NCBI GenBank assembly: GCA_002633005.1
Contig: NMRA01000092.1
Location: 410,484-474,483 of the forward strand
DNA from: Phoronis australis
Lineage: Eukaryota > Animalia > Phoronida
Length of the DNA: 64,000 bases
Direction: 5' to 3'
This document shows, piece by piece, positions 13,301 through 25,311 of this stretch. A model generated the notes under the pieces. That model saw only the letters and a program-made list of their open reading frames with translations, was not told where the DNA came from and ran no database searches. Every line of letters begins with the position of its first letter. Within the stretch, counting starts at the first letter, position 1. The translations under genes were made by a program, and so were the position numbers.

Positions 13301-16300
13301 CAAACTTCTGTCTTAATCATGTTAAGAAGTTGTACTTGTAGCATACAGCCTAAGCCACTGACAACAGAAAAAATCAACTACATGACAAAGACAAGCAGTG
13401 TGTACACTTAAGTCACACTTATAGGTTTCAACTATTAGTACAATGACAGCTGACTGGCATACCTTCTCCAAGAGATCCAGAAATGTGACTTTTGGTGTAG
13501 CATTTGACAGGACTATTTTTGACCGAATCTCAGATCCATCATCTAAAGCAACACCAGTTGCCTGTCCATTGCTGTTAGTCATAATATTGCTAACATTCTG
13601 GAAAAGACCAGCCATACATCACGTAAAAGGCCACAGTAAACATTAGGAGAAAGTTACATATTGGGCCATGTTTGAAAACCATTAAAAAACTACTGATGGC
13701 AAACTTGCTTACGTCGTTGGAGGAATTCATCAGTTTCAAGAGATTTAACATTCTGAATTACTATTTTAAATTGCATACAAACACACTATGATCATAATTT
13801 CTATAATGACTTTCGCGGTAGGCACAATTTGAAGTAAGCCACTTTTTAACATTCAAAATGGCAACTTGCCGAGCAAAAAGACTAATATAATGCAACTCAG
13901 AGCACAACTGCAATTAATGGCAGTCGATCAAGAAGGAGAAGGAAAATTTGTTCCCACTCCAAAAATAAACATAAGTCTCAAACACTTTTAACAGCGCCTG
14001 TTTTTAACTCCTCGCAAAATGAATATTGTGAGACACTTATTATTTTCAAAGCAATTCATGTCACAGCATTTGCACATCGCATACATCACAAGACTCATAC
14101 CATCTGCGTGAAGATGCTGGCCCCATGTGATGCTGCTGAGCGAGCAATAGCCTCCGATACGGCCCCCATGCCACCTTCAGCATAGCCCCAGGCTCCTTTG
14201 ATGCCCTCAAGCTCTCCCATCACATGATGCAGAAGCACATATCTGAAGAAGAAGCAGTATAGCTATGTCTACCAAGTACACATCTGGAGTAGAAGCAGTA
14301 TAGCTATGTCTACCACGTACATATCTGGAGCAGCAGCAGTATAGCTATGTCTACCACGTACATCATATCTGGAGTAGAAGCAGTATAGCTATGTCAACCA
14401 AGTACGCATCTGGAGTAGAAGCAGTATAGCTATGTCTACCAAGTACACATCTGGAGAACCAGCAGTATAGCTATGTCTACCAAGTACATATCTGGAGTAG
14501 AAGCAGTATAGCTATGTCTGCCAAGTACACATCTGGAGTACCAGCAGTATTGCTATGTGTACTAGGTACATTTCTGAAACAGCAGCAGTATAGTAACCTC
14601 TACCAGAATCTTTTAAAAAAATAATGAACTCTCTCCCTGCAATTCTACCCAAAACTGAATCAGTCATCTGCTACATTGTACTTCCACTGAGTAACAAAAC
14701 ATTCTTTAGCTGTAACAGTTGCTCAATGTCACAAAATGGACTCTGTTGTTCCTGTTTAAATTTTTCCAAATAGTTCTTTAAGGACTATCTGAGTGGCTAT
14801 AAACCCACATTCTGTCCAAGAAATGAACTTTTGATTTAGACCACTTACTGCCATAGCTGCCTTAGATGAAAAGTATTTCCCCCGAGTCTAAAAAGAAGTA
14901 ACTGTTCATATGCATTGAGACCATGCATGCACGGCATGACAAGCCAACAGGTAGGAAGCCATGAAATCACCTCCACTTTGACTGAGAAACAAAAAGAGAC
15001 CGATTTTATAACGAAAGTGATCCAAATCAATAGTTGCAACCAAACCTGGACAGAGTACTTTTTGTGCACTGTCCAGGGAACTTATTAATTATAGCTTTTA
15101 TCATTATTAATACCTGGATAAAATTATGCTGGGACTGAAAATAGCCATGCAATCTCCTTTTGACGTAATAAACACTCTTTACATTACTGTGTCTAATGGG
15201 GTTTGATTATGAGCCAAGCCCAAAACTACCAAACTTAACTTTACACTCTTGGAAACTGACCAAACTAATCATATGGAATGCCAAACCATGCCAGACAATT
15301 TTCTAATTTTTAAACAAGCCTCATTGAGAAAAGGAATATGAAAACCATTTCTTGAAACTGAAAGGGTAAAGACGGAGTTGAAAAATACTGATCAATGTCA
15401 CATTATAATGTGATTTGTTACTGCCAAGGTACTTTGCAATGAATTCGTGAACATATGCCATTTGTGAGCAAATGCATTATAAAAACCACTGGAGCTTGTT
15501 CAGCATGAACTGGTATACAAACCCACTTCCAGGCATATCGGGGCTGGTCATGGCACCAATCACTGAATCTGTGGCAAGCGTGGCTTTCAGTGGCTCAGAC
15601 TCAAACCACTTATCAAGGATCTTGGATGCTGGAGCTGTCATCAGCTCATAGAACAGACTAACGTCGGCACCAATTCTCTGTACTGGACAAAACACAAGGA
15701 GTCGGTAGAACCATAGATTCGCAATTTCCCTAAATCTTGCACACTCATATTTAAAGATTAATTTTTCTTCAAAAATTAAAATGTCCAACAGGAGGAGCCA
15801 CCCTAATCAAATCCGTTAAAAATGGACTCGTACCGGTATTCCCACCAAATATGTCTGTGTAAAGTTTTGGCAAAATTCGTCAAGTAGTTTCCCCAAAAGC
15901 TGAGGGAAAAGGAATTTTTTGTCAAAAACCGGTCGGAGGCAGATATCTTTTCGGACTAATATTCATTAGGTCACGTGACTAGATAAAGAAGATGGCAGAT
16001 TGAACGGGATAAACTACTTGCAACATATTCCACGCCTCACTGAAAAAGATGATATTTACAAAAACTAAAATTGCCAACAGAGATAGTTGAATGTATATGA
16101 ACACTGAATTGTGCAGGCGCATTCCTAACATATTTCATCATGACCCATCACGCAGTTTTCGAAAAAAATTGAACCATGAGACACTAACCATATGGGGCTG
16201 CGAAACTTTTTGTGGGCGCATAATAAAAAATGAAGAAAGGGCGCACTGGCTGCCCACTATCTTGAAAATGTCATCTTCAGTGTATAGTGCATGTACCCAA

Positions 16301-19300
16301 GATAACTACTTCAGAAAAATGCTCAAAGCAGGCTTGAATTGAAGCCGATTCACAAAAGACACATACAGGGACATGATAAGTTTTACAGTCAAAAATTGTA
16401 TCTTTGAAATTACTGTTTCTCACCAAAGACCTCTTAAAGTTATTTGCTTTCACCAGAAGTAGAAAATAACAAAATCCCTTGTCGGTGCTTTTGTGTTAAA
16501 TCAACAATTCCCACCATTGTCTGCTGACCTTTGCTGAAATCCAGGCTGATATCTTTACCACTTAAACGCTAAAATGTTCTGCTAATTAACACGCGGAATT
16601 TGGCTTAGAGGTAAAGCGTTCGATTGCTACAGCAGGGCTAGCTTGCTCGATTCCACGCTACTGCTAATTTTAGTAAAATTACTTTTCTCCCTTTCAAACA
16701 ACAGAATGTGAGCAATTTATATAATCACAGTAAAACTTACAACTCTTTCCAAGAGCCATGAACGATGGAATTTCTTTTATTTTATCCCTGAACTTGGCCG
16801 ATGACATCAGGTGCGGAACATAAGGAGGCAGGCTGTCCAGCAGTGGTTCTATGGCATTGGCAATATTGTCCAAGTGATGCTCATACTTCTCAAACATCTG
16901 CAGTGACCAAATTTCATTAATGACATTAAGGTCCAAGATGAACTCTCAAAAACAATAACTACAGCCTTATAAGTTATCATTTTGTTTTTGTTTCATGCAA
17001 CTTTACATTTTTCACAATAATCAAAAAAGTCATATTTTTTAAAGTCACTTATTAATAAGCAAAAGGGGACCAGTTTGAAAACAATCTCTGCAGCGCTTTG
17101 GAGAACAATGCATAAACCATAGTATCTGAAAGTTTCATTGAATCCAATACCTATCGTCACTCCCACCATCATCACTATCACCATGACCAACATACCTCCA
17201 GTTAGCATGTTATCATCATGCTCTGAACGCGATAATTCATATAAAGCGAGATTACCTCTGCATCTCGTGTTGAAAACTGAGCAATCTGCCGTTTGTTCTC
17301 TTCTTTGTTGCGTCCCAGTAACAATGAGCGAGGCCTGCCTGTTTTCACATCAGGAGCTTCCAACAATGGTGTATAGGAATTGGGATCACGCAAATAAATT
17401 TTCAAACCATGTTTCTAGAAATAATTCAATCAAAAGACATAGACTCTAATAGAAAACACTGCATAACAAGCTTCACTTCTAACCAGAAATGATCTAAAAG
17501 ACTGCATTAGCATCAGTTTGCTGAAGACAAATTTTCTCCACATTGGTCAATGCAATAGTCACTTCTTCAGGACCACTGGCGCATCTAGAAAGTTGCAACG
17601 GTTACCACAATTTTTTGAATAAGCCCTAAAAATGGCATGTCAACAGAGTTTTTATTCGAAAATGTCTGTGGGGGTCCGGCCTCCTGGCCCTCCAAAGTCC
17701 ACCAATGAGTACAAGATGATTGCGTGTCCATAATTCTAAAACAATTAGGAACATGTAATGACTATACATAAATCAAGTTTGGTAAAAACTCCTTTAATAG
17801 TTTCTAAAAATTAAGAGTCAATGTCGTTAAAGCAGCAAGTTAGCGTTAAATGATTCAGAATTCTCGCCTTCCAAACTGATGGCTCTCCCATCACGTGAGG
17901 TACGAAATAGCGGCATGCCTTCGGATATGGCAGGCAGGTCAGCAGCCTCGCTTTCGCACTTATGGAGATTCACACGTTAGCATCTGTCGTCTGAATACTT
18001 TATATTTTATACCGTACTTTAGGCATACCAGGACAGCATTACTGCTGTGCCATGGGCTGCAATGCTGATTCAAGGAAGTGGGATAAACTGGATAAATATA
18101 CATGGATGCGGTATGTCACATTTCACCCTTTCCCAACGGTTCTGAAGGACAAAAGACAGCAAAGCCCGTCGTGCGTACAACGCCACCGTTGTACAATCAA
18201 TATAATCTTACCTCACGGCCGCTGAGAAAAGCGGGAGTTCGAAATACGGGAATTGCAAGGTTCAGAGGATTTTTTGATTGTGCAGTTGTTCATTTCCTTA
18301 AAAAATCGAATTCATGTTGAAAGAGCATCACCTAGGAATGAGTTTTGTTTTGGCTAAATTGACTAGAATCAATCACGAAATACAAGGGAGAGAAAGTGTT
18401 TGAAGTGACTACACATTGGCCTGTAGTCACACATACTAAATTTTAATTTAGACTGCAGCTATGAAATCAATTTCAAAGTTTTCCTCAGTCAAATCGGAGG
18501 TGATTTCTCAGCTCGAAAAAGACTGGCAGTTAATGTTACTGTTTCAGACCCCACAAGTTCAATTTATGGATTGAGTATCGTCTCGGGCAAGACAGAAAGC
18601 ACTTCTTAGCTGAATTAAGAGCGAAAAGTTATTGTCTCTGATAGAATGTACTACTAGGTTCATAGAAGCTTTATGGAAAATTTATTAAAATACCTTCAGT
18701 TCAAGGTCTTTGATAATTTGAGGGCGGAGCAAGCTCAGCAAGTATGAAGCTCTAGAGAACTTGAATCCGGGTACAATTTCTTCTGTGGAAGCAGCTCCAC
18801 CAATCACGTGGCGTCTTTCAAGGACACAAGTATTGACTCCAGATTTTTGCAAGTAAGCAGCCTAGAGAAAATAAACAATAATTTTATCAAAAACGTACAA
18901 TAAGGAAAACACAATAGGAACAAGGGTTCTCGAGATTGTTATAGAACTCGAACACAAGTGTATTATTACGATATGTACATTGAAGATTTACAGTGTTCAG
19001 CATTTTGAACTGAATCTCTGTTTGACTGCCTATTACGCAGTTTGGATATTGTCTGTGCACACTTTGCATAAACACAAATGAATTGGTGTAACTCAGGAGC
19101 AGTGCCTCTCTAGTGCAGAGTTTGTTGAAAACGATATGACAAAGATTACTGGACAATTTCTTCACACATTTTTCGTATTGTCTAAAAATACTCATTGTGT
19201 GCGGATCCCATATGTGTAATAGCTTCCTGTTCTTTTAACTATGTCACTCAGGGATCTTACACAGATGCAATTCGCACACAAGGAGTACATTTAGACAATA

Positions 19301-21184
19301 CGAAAAATGTACAAAGAAATTGCCCAGTAATCGTTGTCTTATCGTTTTCAACAAATGAATTGATGCAGAACTTGTTTTACTAAAAGCCAAAAAGAAGAGC
19401 AATTAAAGAGAAACACTTACTGCAACCAAACCATTGTGACCTGCAAGTAGACATTAATTTGTCCATTAATTCTGACATATTACCTTGCTTCACTGCAACT
19501 GCTTACACAATTAAAAATGAAATGGGCAATTTGCACAAAAATTGAACTCTAATGTTACTCAGTCACAGGTCATCGTGCAGATGTATATAGACCAGAGATC
19601 ATCGTTATGCTTTCTAGACTGTATTTCTATTCAACTGAAAGGCAAAATAAAATAATTTGCAAAACAAAAATTCAAATACACTCAAGGGTGAACTCTCATT
19701 CAGGATGATCAACCCAAAATTAAAATTACAATACGTTTAAATTTGCTTTTTGTTACCTTTAAGACTCATAAAACCAATGCTATCCATGTTTCCATTCAAA
19801 CAGAAAAACAGCAAACATTTAGTTCATTTCCACTATTCACATTCCGCTACTCTAAGACTGACCAGTCAACGTTTTTACGTTTGAATTTGCGTAAAGCGGA
19901 TCAACAACATTTTAAGCAAGAGGTGATGTAAGTAGAGATTCCATCATAATGATATCAATCCAGTACAGCATCAAACGGACCAAACACCCCCCCCCCCTTA
20001 ATGTTGGTTCATTATCTGACCCCTTGTCGTGATCCTAAAATTGAACCAGCTAAGAATGTTTATAGGTTCATCCAGGAATTTGAAAACCACAGAAATTCTT
20101 CACCTATTACACAAAATATGGCAAATACACATTTTGGTAGAAAATTCTGAAACTAAGAAAAATGAAAATTTATTGTTTGCATGGTTTGTATTGTATAGCT
20201 GAATTAAAATTAGACAACAAAATTTGCATTATTTTTGGAAAAGCAGCCTGTTACTGAAAAAAAAGAAAACATGTTTCAGTTAACAAAATTAATTCAAAGA
20301 CAAACACAGACAGTGCAGATACATTAAAAACTGAATGTTTGGAGCAGTGGGCTCTTCGTCACTGGTCTAAGGTAAAATGATACAGGCTGGAGCAATACAG
20401 GAATATAAGTTTTTTAATCTGCAACATCAATATTCTTCTTTTTATCCCTTTTAATCTCCTATTTTAGTTGGTAACGGCAGCAACAATTTCCACCTTTATC
20501 AGAAAACCTGCACTTTTACATTTATTTAGAACAAAATACCTGTCCGGTAACTAACAAATTACTGCACTTACTATTAATAAATTGTAAACTTTTTCTTACT
20601 TTTTTCCCATACTTATCAGTACCAATATTTTTCCACTTCACATAAATCATTAATCACTGTATATCTTTTGCATAATACCATGACAAGAAACCAATGATTG
20701 TAAGTGTGGTGATGCACATGTTGCTACAAGGCAGGCACCTTACATCAAGCGGAAACCAACTTATGATTTCCAACACCCAGTGCTTAGAGGAATCTAGTCT
20801 CACCTTGTTCCATACTCCCATGAGAAGTTGTTTCTGGGTTTACAGAGAACTGACAGTTTAGTATTGCTCCAGATAAGCTTGGCGCATGAAATGTGACAAG
20901 CCAATTCGTAAAGCAATAACAATCTGACATTTCTTTTTCAAGCCTAGAATTCATCTCTAATTTGAGTTGGAAACAAATTGAAATGAAAGTCATAACTGTA
21001 AGGAGTAATCAAAAGATTTTTATGCAAGGTGAGTTAACATACCACCACCCACTACCACAGCATCGTATTCACTCTTTAATGTTCCAGAGGGCGAGGCACT
21101 TGCAATGGTTCTCACTGTTTCCAGCCTAGTTGGGCCAATGGAAGACAATGCCCTTCTACAAACAGAACCGCCACATTGGAACAT
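4295..21184 (-). CDS. PYROXD2: Pyridine nucleotide-disulfide oxidoreductase domain-containing protein 2 (phytoene dehydrogenase-like FAD oxidoreductase); full spliced span, 14 coding exons, 1764 nt, 587 aa
   Basis: Exons join in phase through GT-AG introns. Motifs [58 protein letters not shown] and [17 protein letters not shown] match vertebrate PYROXD2 as recalled. The N-terminus is Arg/Ser-rich, like a mitochondrial targeting peptide. Confidence 0.96.
5126..5246 (-). CDS. PYROXD2: PYROXD2 coding exon 13 ([12 protein letters not shown]...GAGAHP)
   Basis: 121 nt, ctttcag|AAC...CCC G|gtatgt. Confidence 0.95.
6032..6138 (-). CDS. PYROXD2: PYROXD2 coding exon 12 ([12 protein letters not shown]...GLTGG)
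   Basis: 107 nt, phase 1/0. Confidence 0.95.
6802..6956 (-). CDS. PYROXD2: PYROXD2 coding exon 11 ([13 protein letters not shown]...AYADR)
   Basis: 155 nt, phase 2/1. Confidence 0.95.
7706..7859 (-). CDS. PYROXD2: PYROXD2 coding exon 10 (VAVNGLPNF...GIPSK)
   Basis: 154 nt, phase 1/2. Confidence 0.95.
8235..9182. mobile_element. TTAA-flanked non-autonomous TIR element (Kolobok-like)
   Basis: ttaa|GGTTATGCAGGAC...GAAAAGTTGGC versus right-end reverse complement ttaa|GGTATGTAGGAC...GAAAATGTTGGC. Confidence 0.6.
10207..10279 (-). CDS. PYROXD2: PYROXD2 coding exon 9 (DVLPADF...SPVTKIN)
   Basis: 73 nt, ttaccag|GAT...AAT G|gtaatt. Confidence 0.92.
11721..12348 (+). mobile_element. Solo LTR
   Basis: TGTCA...TGACA ends, 5-bp flanks GGGAA/GGGAT, TATA-like gataaataa near 11897, AATAAA near 12243; 628 bp. 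Confidence 0.6.
13463..13597 (-). CDS. PYROXD2: PYROXD2 coding exon 8 (NVSNIM...LDLLEK)
   Basis: 135 nt, phase 0/0; contains [21 protein letters not shown]. Confidence 0.95.
14101..14242 (-). CDS. PYROXD2: PYROXD2 coding exon 7 (YVLLHHVMG...SIFTQM)
   Basis: 142 nt, cttcttcag|A TAT GTG...ATG|gtatga. Confidence 0.95.
14238..14605. repeat. 41-bp minisatellite, about 9 copies, overlapping the acceptor of PYROXD2 exon 7
   Basis: Unit CAYATCTGGAGTAGAAGCAGTATAGCTATGTCTACCAAGTA repeated head to tail without spacers. Confidence 0.95.
15523..15682 (-). CDS. PYROXD2: PYROXD2 coding exon 6 (QRIGAD...PDMPGSG)
   Basis: 160 nt, phase 1/2; contains [14 protein letters not shown]. Confidence 0.95.
16741..16897 (-). 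CDS. PYROXD2: PYROXD2 coding exon 5 (MFEKYE...ALGKS)
   Basis: 157 nt, ctgcag|...|gtaagt. Confidence 0.93.
17256..17414 (-). CDS. PYROXD2: PYROXD2 coding exon 4 ([11 protein letters not shown]...STRDAE)
   Basis: 159 nt, AG/GT flanks; overlaps ORF 17202..17405. Confidence 0.95.
17859..18160 (+). mobile_element. THAP-transposon 5' fragment, copy 1 (leader plus THAP N-terminus)
   Basis: [24 protein letters not shown]...TFHPFP; clearly alignable over about 240 bp with 25312-25555. Confidence 0.7.
18694..18861 (-). CDS. PYROXD2: PYROXD2 coding exon 3 (AAYLQKSG...DLELK)
   Basis: 168 nt, phase 0/0; contains [33 protein letters not shown]. Confidence 0.95.
19421..19440 (-). CDS. PYROXD2: PYROXD2 coding exon 2, 20-nt microexon (GHNGLVA)
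   Basis: cttgcag|GTCACAATGGTTTGGTTGCA|gtaagt completes the GxGxxG FAD-binding motif. Confidence 0.93.
21043..21184 (-). CDS. PYROXD2: PYROXD2 coding exon 1 (MFQCGG...EYDAVVVGG)
   Basis: ATG at 21184 lies 9 nt inside acceptor ttttcag|ACT (exon starts 21193); donor G|gtatgt, phase 1. Confidence 0.9.
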
Positions 21185-21678
21185 TGCTGAAGTCTGAAAA
21201 GAGAATAGAACACCTGCACAGCACATTCAGAGCATGCAACCATTATTTTCGAGAGGGGAATTTCATCAATAGTGGAAAGGCATAATGTTGCGCATTATAC
21301 AATGGCAGTGTGTTGTTCAAAAAAGTAAAAACTGGGCTTGAGAGCTCGAGGTTTTAAGTGATCTGTTGCTGATATGCCTGATGTAGCCAGCCTCGCTGTT
21401 TCAGGCTTGACTGCCAGTTTGAGAATCGTTTTGATTTGTTAATTACAGATAACTTGTGAAAATTTAACCTGTTCATAATACTGTGTTTTAGGAGTCAATA
21501 GCTTGATCGGAGTGCACGTGCCTTGAGAATTCTCTACACAAAAATTGCAGATTTTTGTATTTATTTGATGTATTTTGAGGTTCATCATCTATAGTTACTT
21601 TTCCACGATGGTTGTTTGTCATAATCGCACAAAAATAGATGTTGGTGTGGACCTGTGCTTTTTATCTTCACGGTGCTC

Positions 21679-22744
21679 ACAAGTGACAAATATTGCTTAC
21701 CGGCACGTTGTCGTCATGTCACCAAACTATTTGTGATGTCGCTGGACGTTTATGAGTCATCAACTGTCCCACAATGAATTTGTATGAAAGCGCAACACTT
21801 GGCGAAACTGAATAAAAATTTAGAGGGCAGGTACACGAAAAAACCAAGACCACAATCAACCACGACTCTGACGACACAAATGCACAGTAAATGATAAACA
21901 ATTAATTGTGCATCGCAGAACAGGGCTGAAGAAAAGACTGTCAATTCAAATCCGAGAAGAAAATCTCAAATAACTTAAGAACAATGAGCCATAGTAAGAA
22001 GCCAGTAATGCATTGCAGATAGCTCTTGAGAAGATCTATTAACAAATCAAATTTGAGAAGGTTCCATTCAAGGATGGCGGAGATAAAGCACCGCAAAGAT
22101 TATTAAAAAATGGTCATCCAACATCACCCACAAACCAGAGCTCTCAAGCTATTGACTAGAGTAAACATGATTGTACTTAAAATTTAAAATGTCAATCAGA
22201 CAAAAAGTCTTATCCTAAGTGATACTAGAAATAAGTCAATACAAGAAGTGACCTGACAAATCTCAAATATCTCGAGAAACGGAAAGTTAAGTGAAGACAG
22301 CACTTGACAAGATTTATCCTTACATCGTTTTTCAGAAAGATCTGTCAAAGAATGCCACGAAAGTCTAATCAGTTATCGAGCTGTGATAAAAAATATCAAA
22401 TAACTCAGGAGAAAAACAAAATTTGAACACTTCCGATTCCTTGAAATCATCTACCTGTAGAAAACAATTCAGACAAATCGCACCAGAAACAGCTGAACTA
22501 TGGCTCTGCAAACCACGAGTGAAAAATGGCCACCACAGCACCATCTTGAGTCTAATTTCAACCAAAAACAACAGGCTTTGAGGCATATATTACACGGTAT
22601 TCACCCTTGTGTAAATTCCACAATGATTGGATAAGAAATGCAACCTGTAGAGTGCTAACAAAGAAACAAACAAAACACAAACAAACAAACACATTTTACG
22701 ACAAATCAAAAGACCTGGAGAAATTTCATTTCACCAAGTAAAAA
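21679..22744 (-). mobile_element. Helentron/DINE-like non-autonomous element
   Basis: On minus: 5' TTTTT, short hairpin (ttggtgaaatgaaatttctccagg), (GTTT)n microsatellite, 3' end ...CACTTGT. Confidence 0.5.
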
Positions 22745-23004
22745 TGTCAGTACCGTCCAGACGAAATCTCATGAATTACATTAGACATTTACAATGCTAT
22801 TAAGATGTCTACGAAAAACCAAAGAGGACAATTTTGGCAACTATTTTTGTCCAAAATTGGTGACATTTTACCGTAACCATAACAAGAATTAAACTGGTCA
22901 TACTTTTGGCGCAGTTATTAATGAGATGTATTTATGCACAGGAGCTTATCTCCTTAGAACATGCCTCTCGAACACCATGTATGTAATAAAGGGAATACAG
23001 CTAC

Positions 23005-23134
23005 CTGTGTAGATTCAGAATGAAATCCGCCAGAAGTTTTGCGATGTTCTCAATCTCACCAACTGCGTGGTTGCGCTTGTCGATCGCAATATATCCTGTG
23101 AGTGATTGGCTGCTCCCTCACCTTCAACTGGGAC
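23005..23134 (-). other. PYROXD2: Candidate non-coding 5'UTR exon of PYROXD2
   Basis: ttttaatgatctcacag|GTCC...ACACAG|gtagct; stops in all frames. Coding exon 1 starts with an acceptor, so an upstream exon must exist. Confidence 0.5.
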
Positions 23135-23816
23135 CTGTGAGATCATTAAAAAAACAATGGAACTGCATAATGAGCAAATTTCTTATGGATCGGAAAAAAT
23201 GAGACCGACAATAGCATGTGTATGTGACAAAAAATAATTCAGAACTTCATACTTGGCCGCAAAATTTCATTTCACCAATTAAGTATAGACAATAACCCCT
23301 GTTATCCGGCAGTGTGTGAAACTGGTTCTCAAAATCAGCGAACGCAAAAGAGTTAGACAGTTACATCGTCCTGTAATGTCGCAGCCAGGGCTACGAGTTT
23401 AAAAAAGTGGTAGCCTTAAAATTACGGCTAAGCCGCTTAAGAGTTAGGTGCAAATTACCATTCAGCTCAAGACGAACAACGTAAAAACAAATCAGCTGAT
23501 CATGCAGAAAAGACAAGAACCGCATTCAATTCCAGTGTTGATTTCAAAATTAGGTACAAGTTTCGTACGCAGAACTTCTCCGATTTAGGTCGAAAGGGGA
23601 GGATTGGAACTCTGTTATATACAAACAGATTTACATTTGTTTACTTACCTCAAAACCACTAACGTGCGGTTTCAAGAAAATCGTGCTTTGGAAACCTTTG
23701 ACCTATTAAAATCCAAGGTCATGGTCACTCTCTCGGATTCCCATTTCTGGCAGTTTTTTCATTATTTATTACTTACAAAACGTTTGAGGAAGTGCCTGCT
23801 ACTTAATCAAACTTAC

Positions 23817-24033
23817 CTGTCAATTAAAAGTCATGTAGCATTTTTAAGTCGCATTCCTCTGAAATATATTGGCTCTCACTCGATGTCAAATTTTCCACAT
23901 ATTCTGTCATCTGATTGGCCAAAACTGCACACATCAAGCGAACCAAGTCAGAAGTAAAGTGTGTGTTTTAGAATTGAAAAATCGTTTGTAAACCTGGTTT
24001 TACGTCAGTGATCACGCACGAGAGCTATAGACG
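23817..24033. promoter_or_regulatory. Candidate bidirectional promoter with divergent first exons (PYROXD2 on minus, plus-strand transcript possibly FAM53)
   Basis: Minus-strand donor ACAG|gtaagt at 23817; plus-strand donor ACG|gtgagt at 24033; ATTGG (CCAAT) boxes at 23868 and 23914; CRE-like TTACGTCA and Inr-like TCAGT at 24000-24009; locally CpG-rich. Confidence 0.5.
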
Positions 24034-24764
24034 GTGAGTTGGGTTGTAGAACTACGTCGTAAGTTTTTCGATTTAGTAGTTGTCCTGACCGGTTATTCTG
24101 CATTTGTTCACGCAAGGTAACACGGTAACAGGATTATGTTTCTAAAAATAGAAAACGATCGCGACCGAAGTTGACCAAGCCGGTGGCAATAGTCGTGCAA
24201 CATAAACAATGGTAAAGTTATTTTTTTTGTACATAACTAGGCAATGTTACGTTTCACACATGTAAAACTAATACATGTGATCTGTATCCTATCACGAGAA
24301 CGCATATTATAGAAAGCTAGTGATGCGGTTCTTGCTGGGAAACGTGGTTTTGTGTTGGACTATTCCAGCTATTGTAGATTAGACTACACCAGCACAACAG
24401 CCAGTTGACCATCAGCAGGATCAACACATTGATTGACTGCTTTGACCAATTGACCTACTGTCCCATTTTTAACTCCTTTGTTCTTGAGCCTCTTGTTAAG
24501 AACAACTGTCAATCCCTTCGTAGGTCCTTGACATTGGTAAACTGTTGATTTAATAATAAAAAGAGACTTTATTTTAAACCAGTGTTTACATTTTACTGTT
24601 TTATTGGAAACAACTTTGTGTCTTAGATATACCACCAACATGTTCTTCTCTACTAAAAGCAACTACTAGTATAGTGTTGATGTGTCAGAAAGATCGATTT
24701 TGCATCCTTGGGATATGACAGAGTTCAAACCTAACTTTAAAGAGGTGTAGAAAAATCCATCAGT

Positions 24765-25205
24765 TAACGAGATTCAAACCCAAGATCTTCAGTTTGCGAG
24801 TCGAGCATCCTATCTCACTGGGTAGGTGGTTGCCCCTTGGCAAGCGATTTAGAAAGAGACTGCATTCGAGTGTTTTGTCAGTCAAAAATTTACAACGAAC
24901 TCCTGTCGGATCTTGTGGAATGGAAGGGTGGGGAAGGGGGGGGGACTGCCTGGCATAGTAGTATGGTGGAGTCCTGGAATTTCCCTTCATTGACACAAGG
25001 GTGTGTCCAGCAATTTGCCTTCAGCAGCTCACTCACCATGTTGGATTGTCTGCTAGGTCGACACTAGGGGTCAATGTCACTCCCATTCACTCATGGATAT
25101 CGTCTTAGTTCAGGTGCCATTGTAGAAAAATCCACCCTGTGGGGACTTGAACCTGGTATCTTCGGTGTGTTACTGTCAACCGTCCAAACTGATCGGCCAA
25201 TATGC
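24765..25205 (-). mobile_element. tRNA-derived SINE remnants (two heads)
   Basis: B-box-like GGTTTGAATCT (about 24770-24781) and GGTTCAAGTCC (about 25143-25153), each with an A-box-like segment upstream; no intact cloverleaf. Confidence 0.45.
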
Positions 25206-25311
25206 TGTTGCCTATTGGCAATCGATAAGACACTGGATAAAACATTCCTGTTCTACCCCTGAACAGGCGTGCCTCCTGGCTACCGATCTCTGCAACACTC
25301 TTAATATGCTG

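Noticed and set aside
14238-14605. CRISPR-like array
   Set aside because: Units are contiguous with no unique spacers, the context is a eukaryotic intron and there are no cas genes; it is a minisatellite.
16592-16665. tRNA gene (similar segments near 8150, 24770, 25145 and 35520)
   Set aside because: A/B-box-like motifs only; stems do not pair into a cloverleaf, so these are probably SINE heads.
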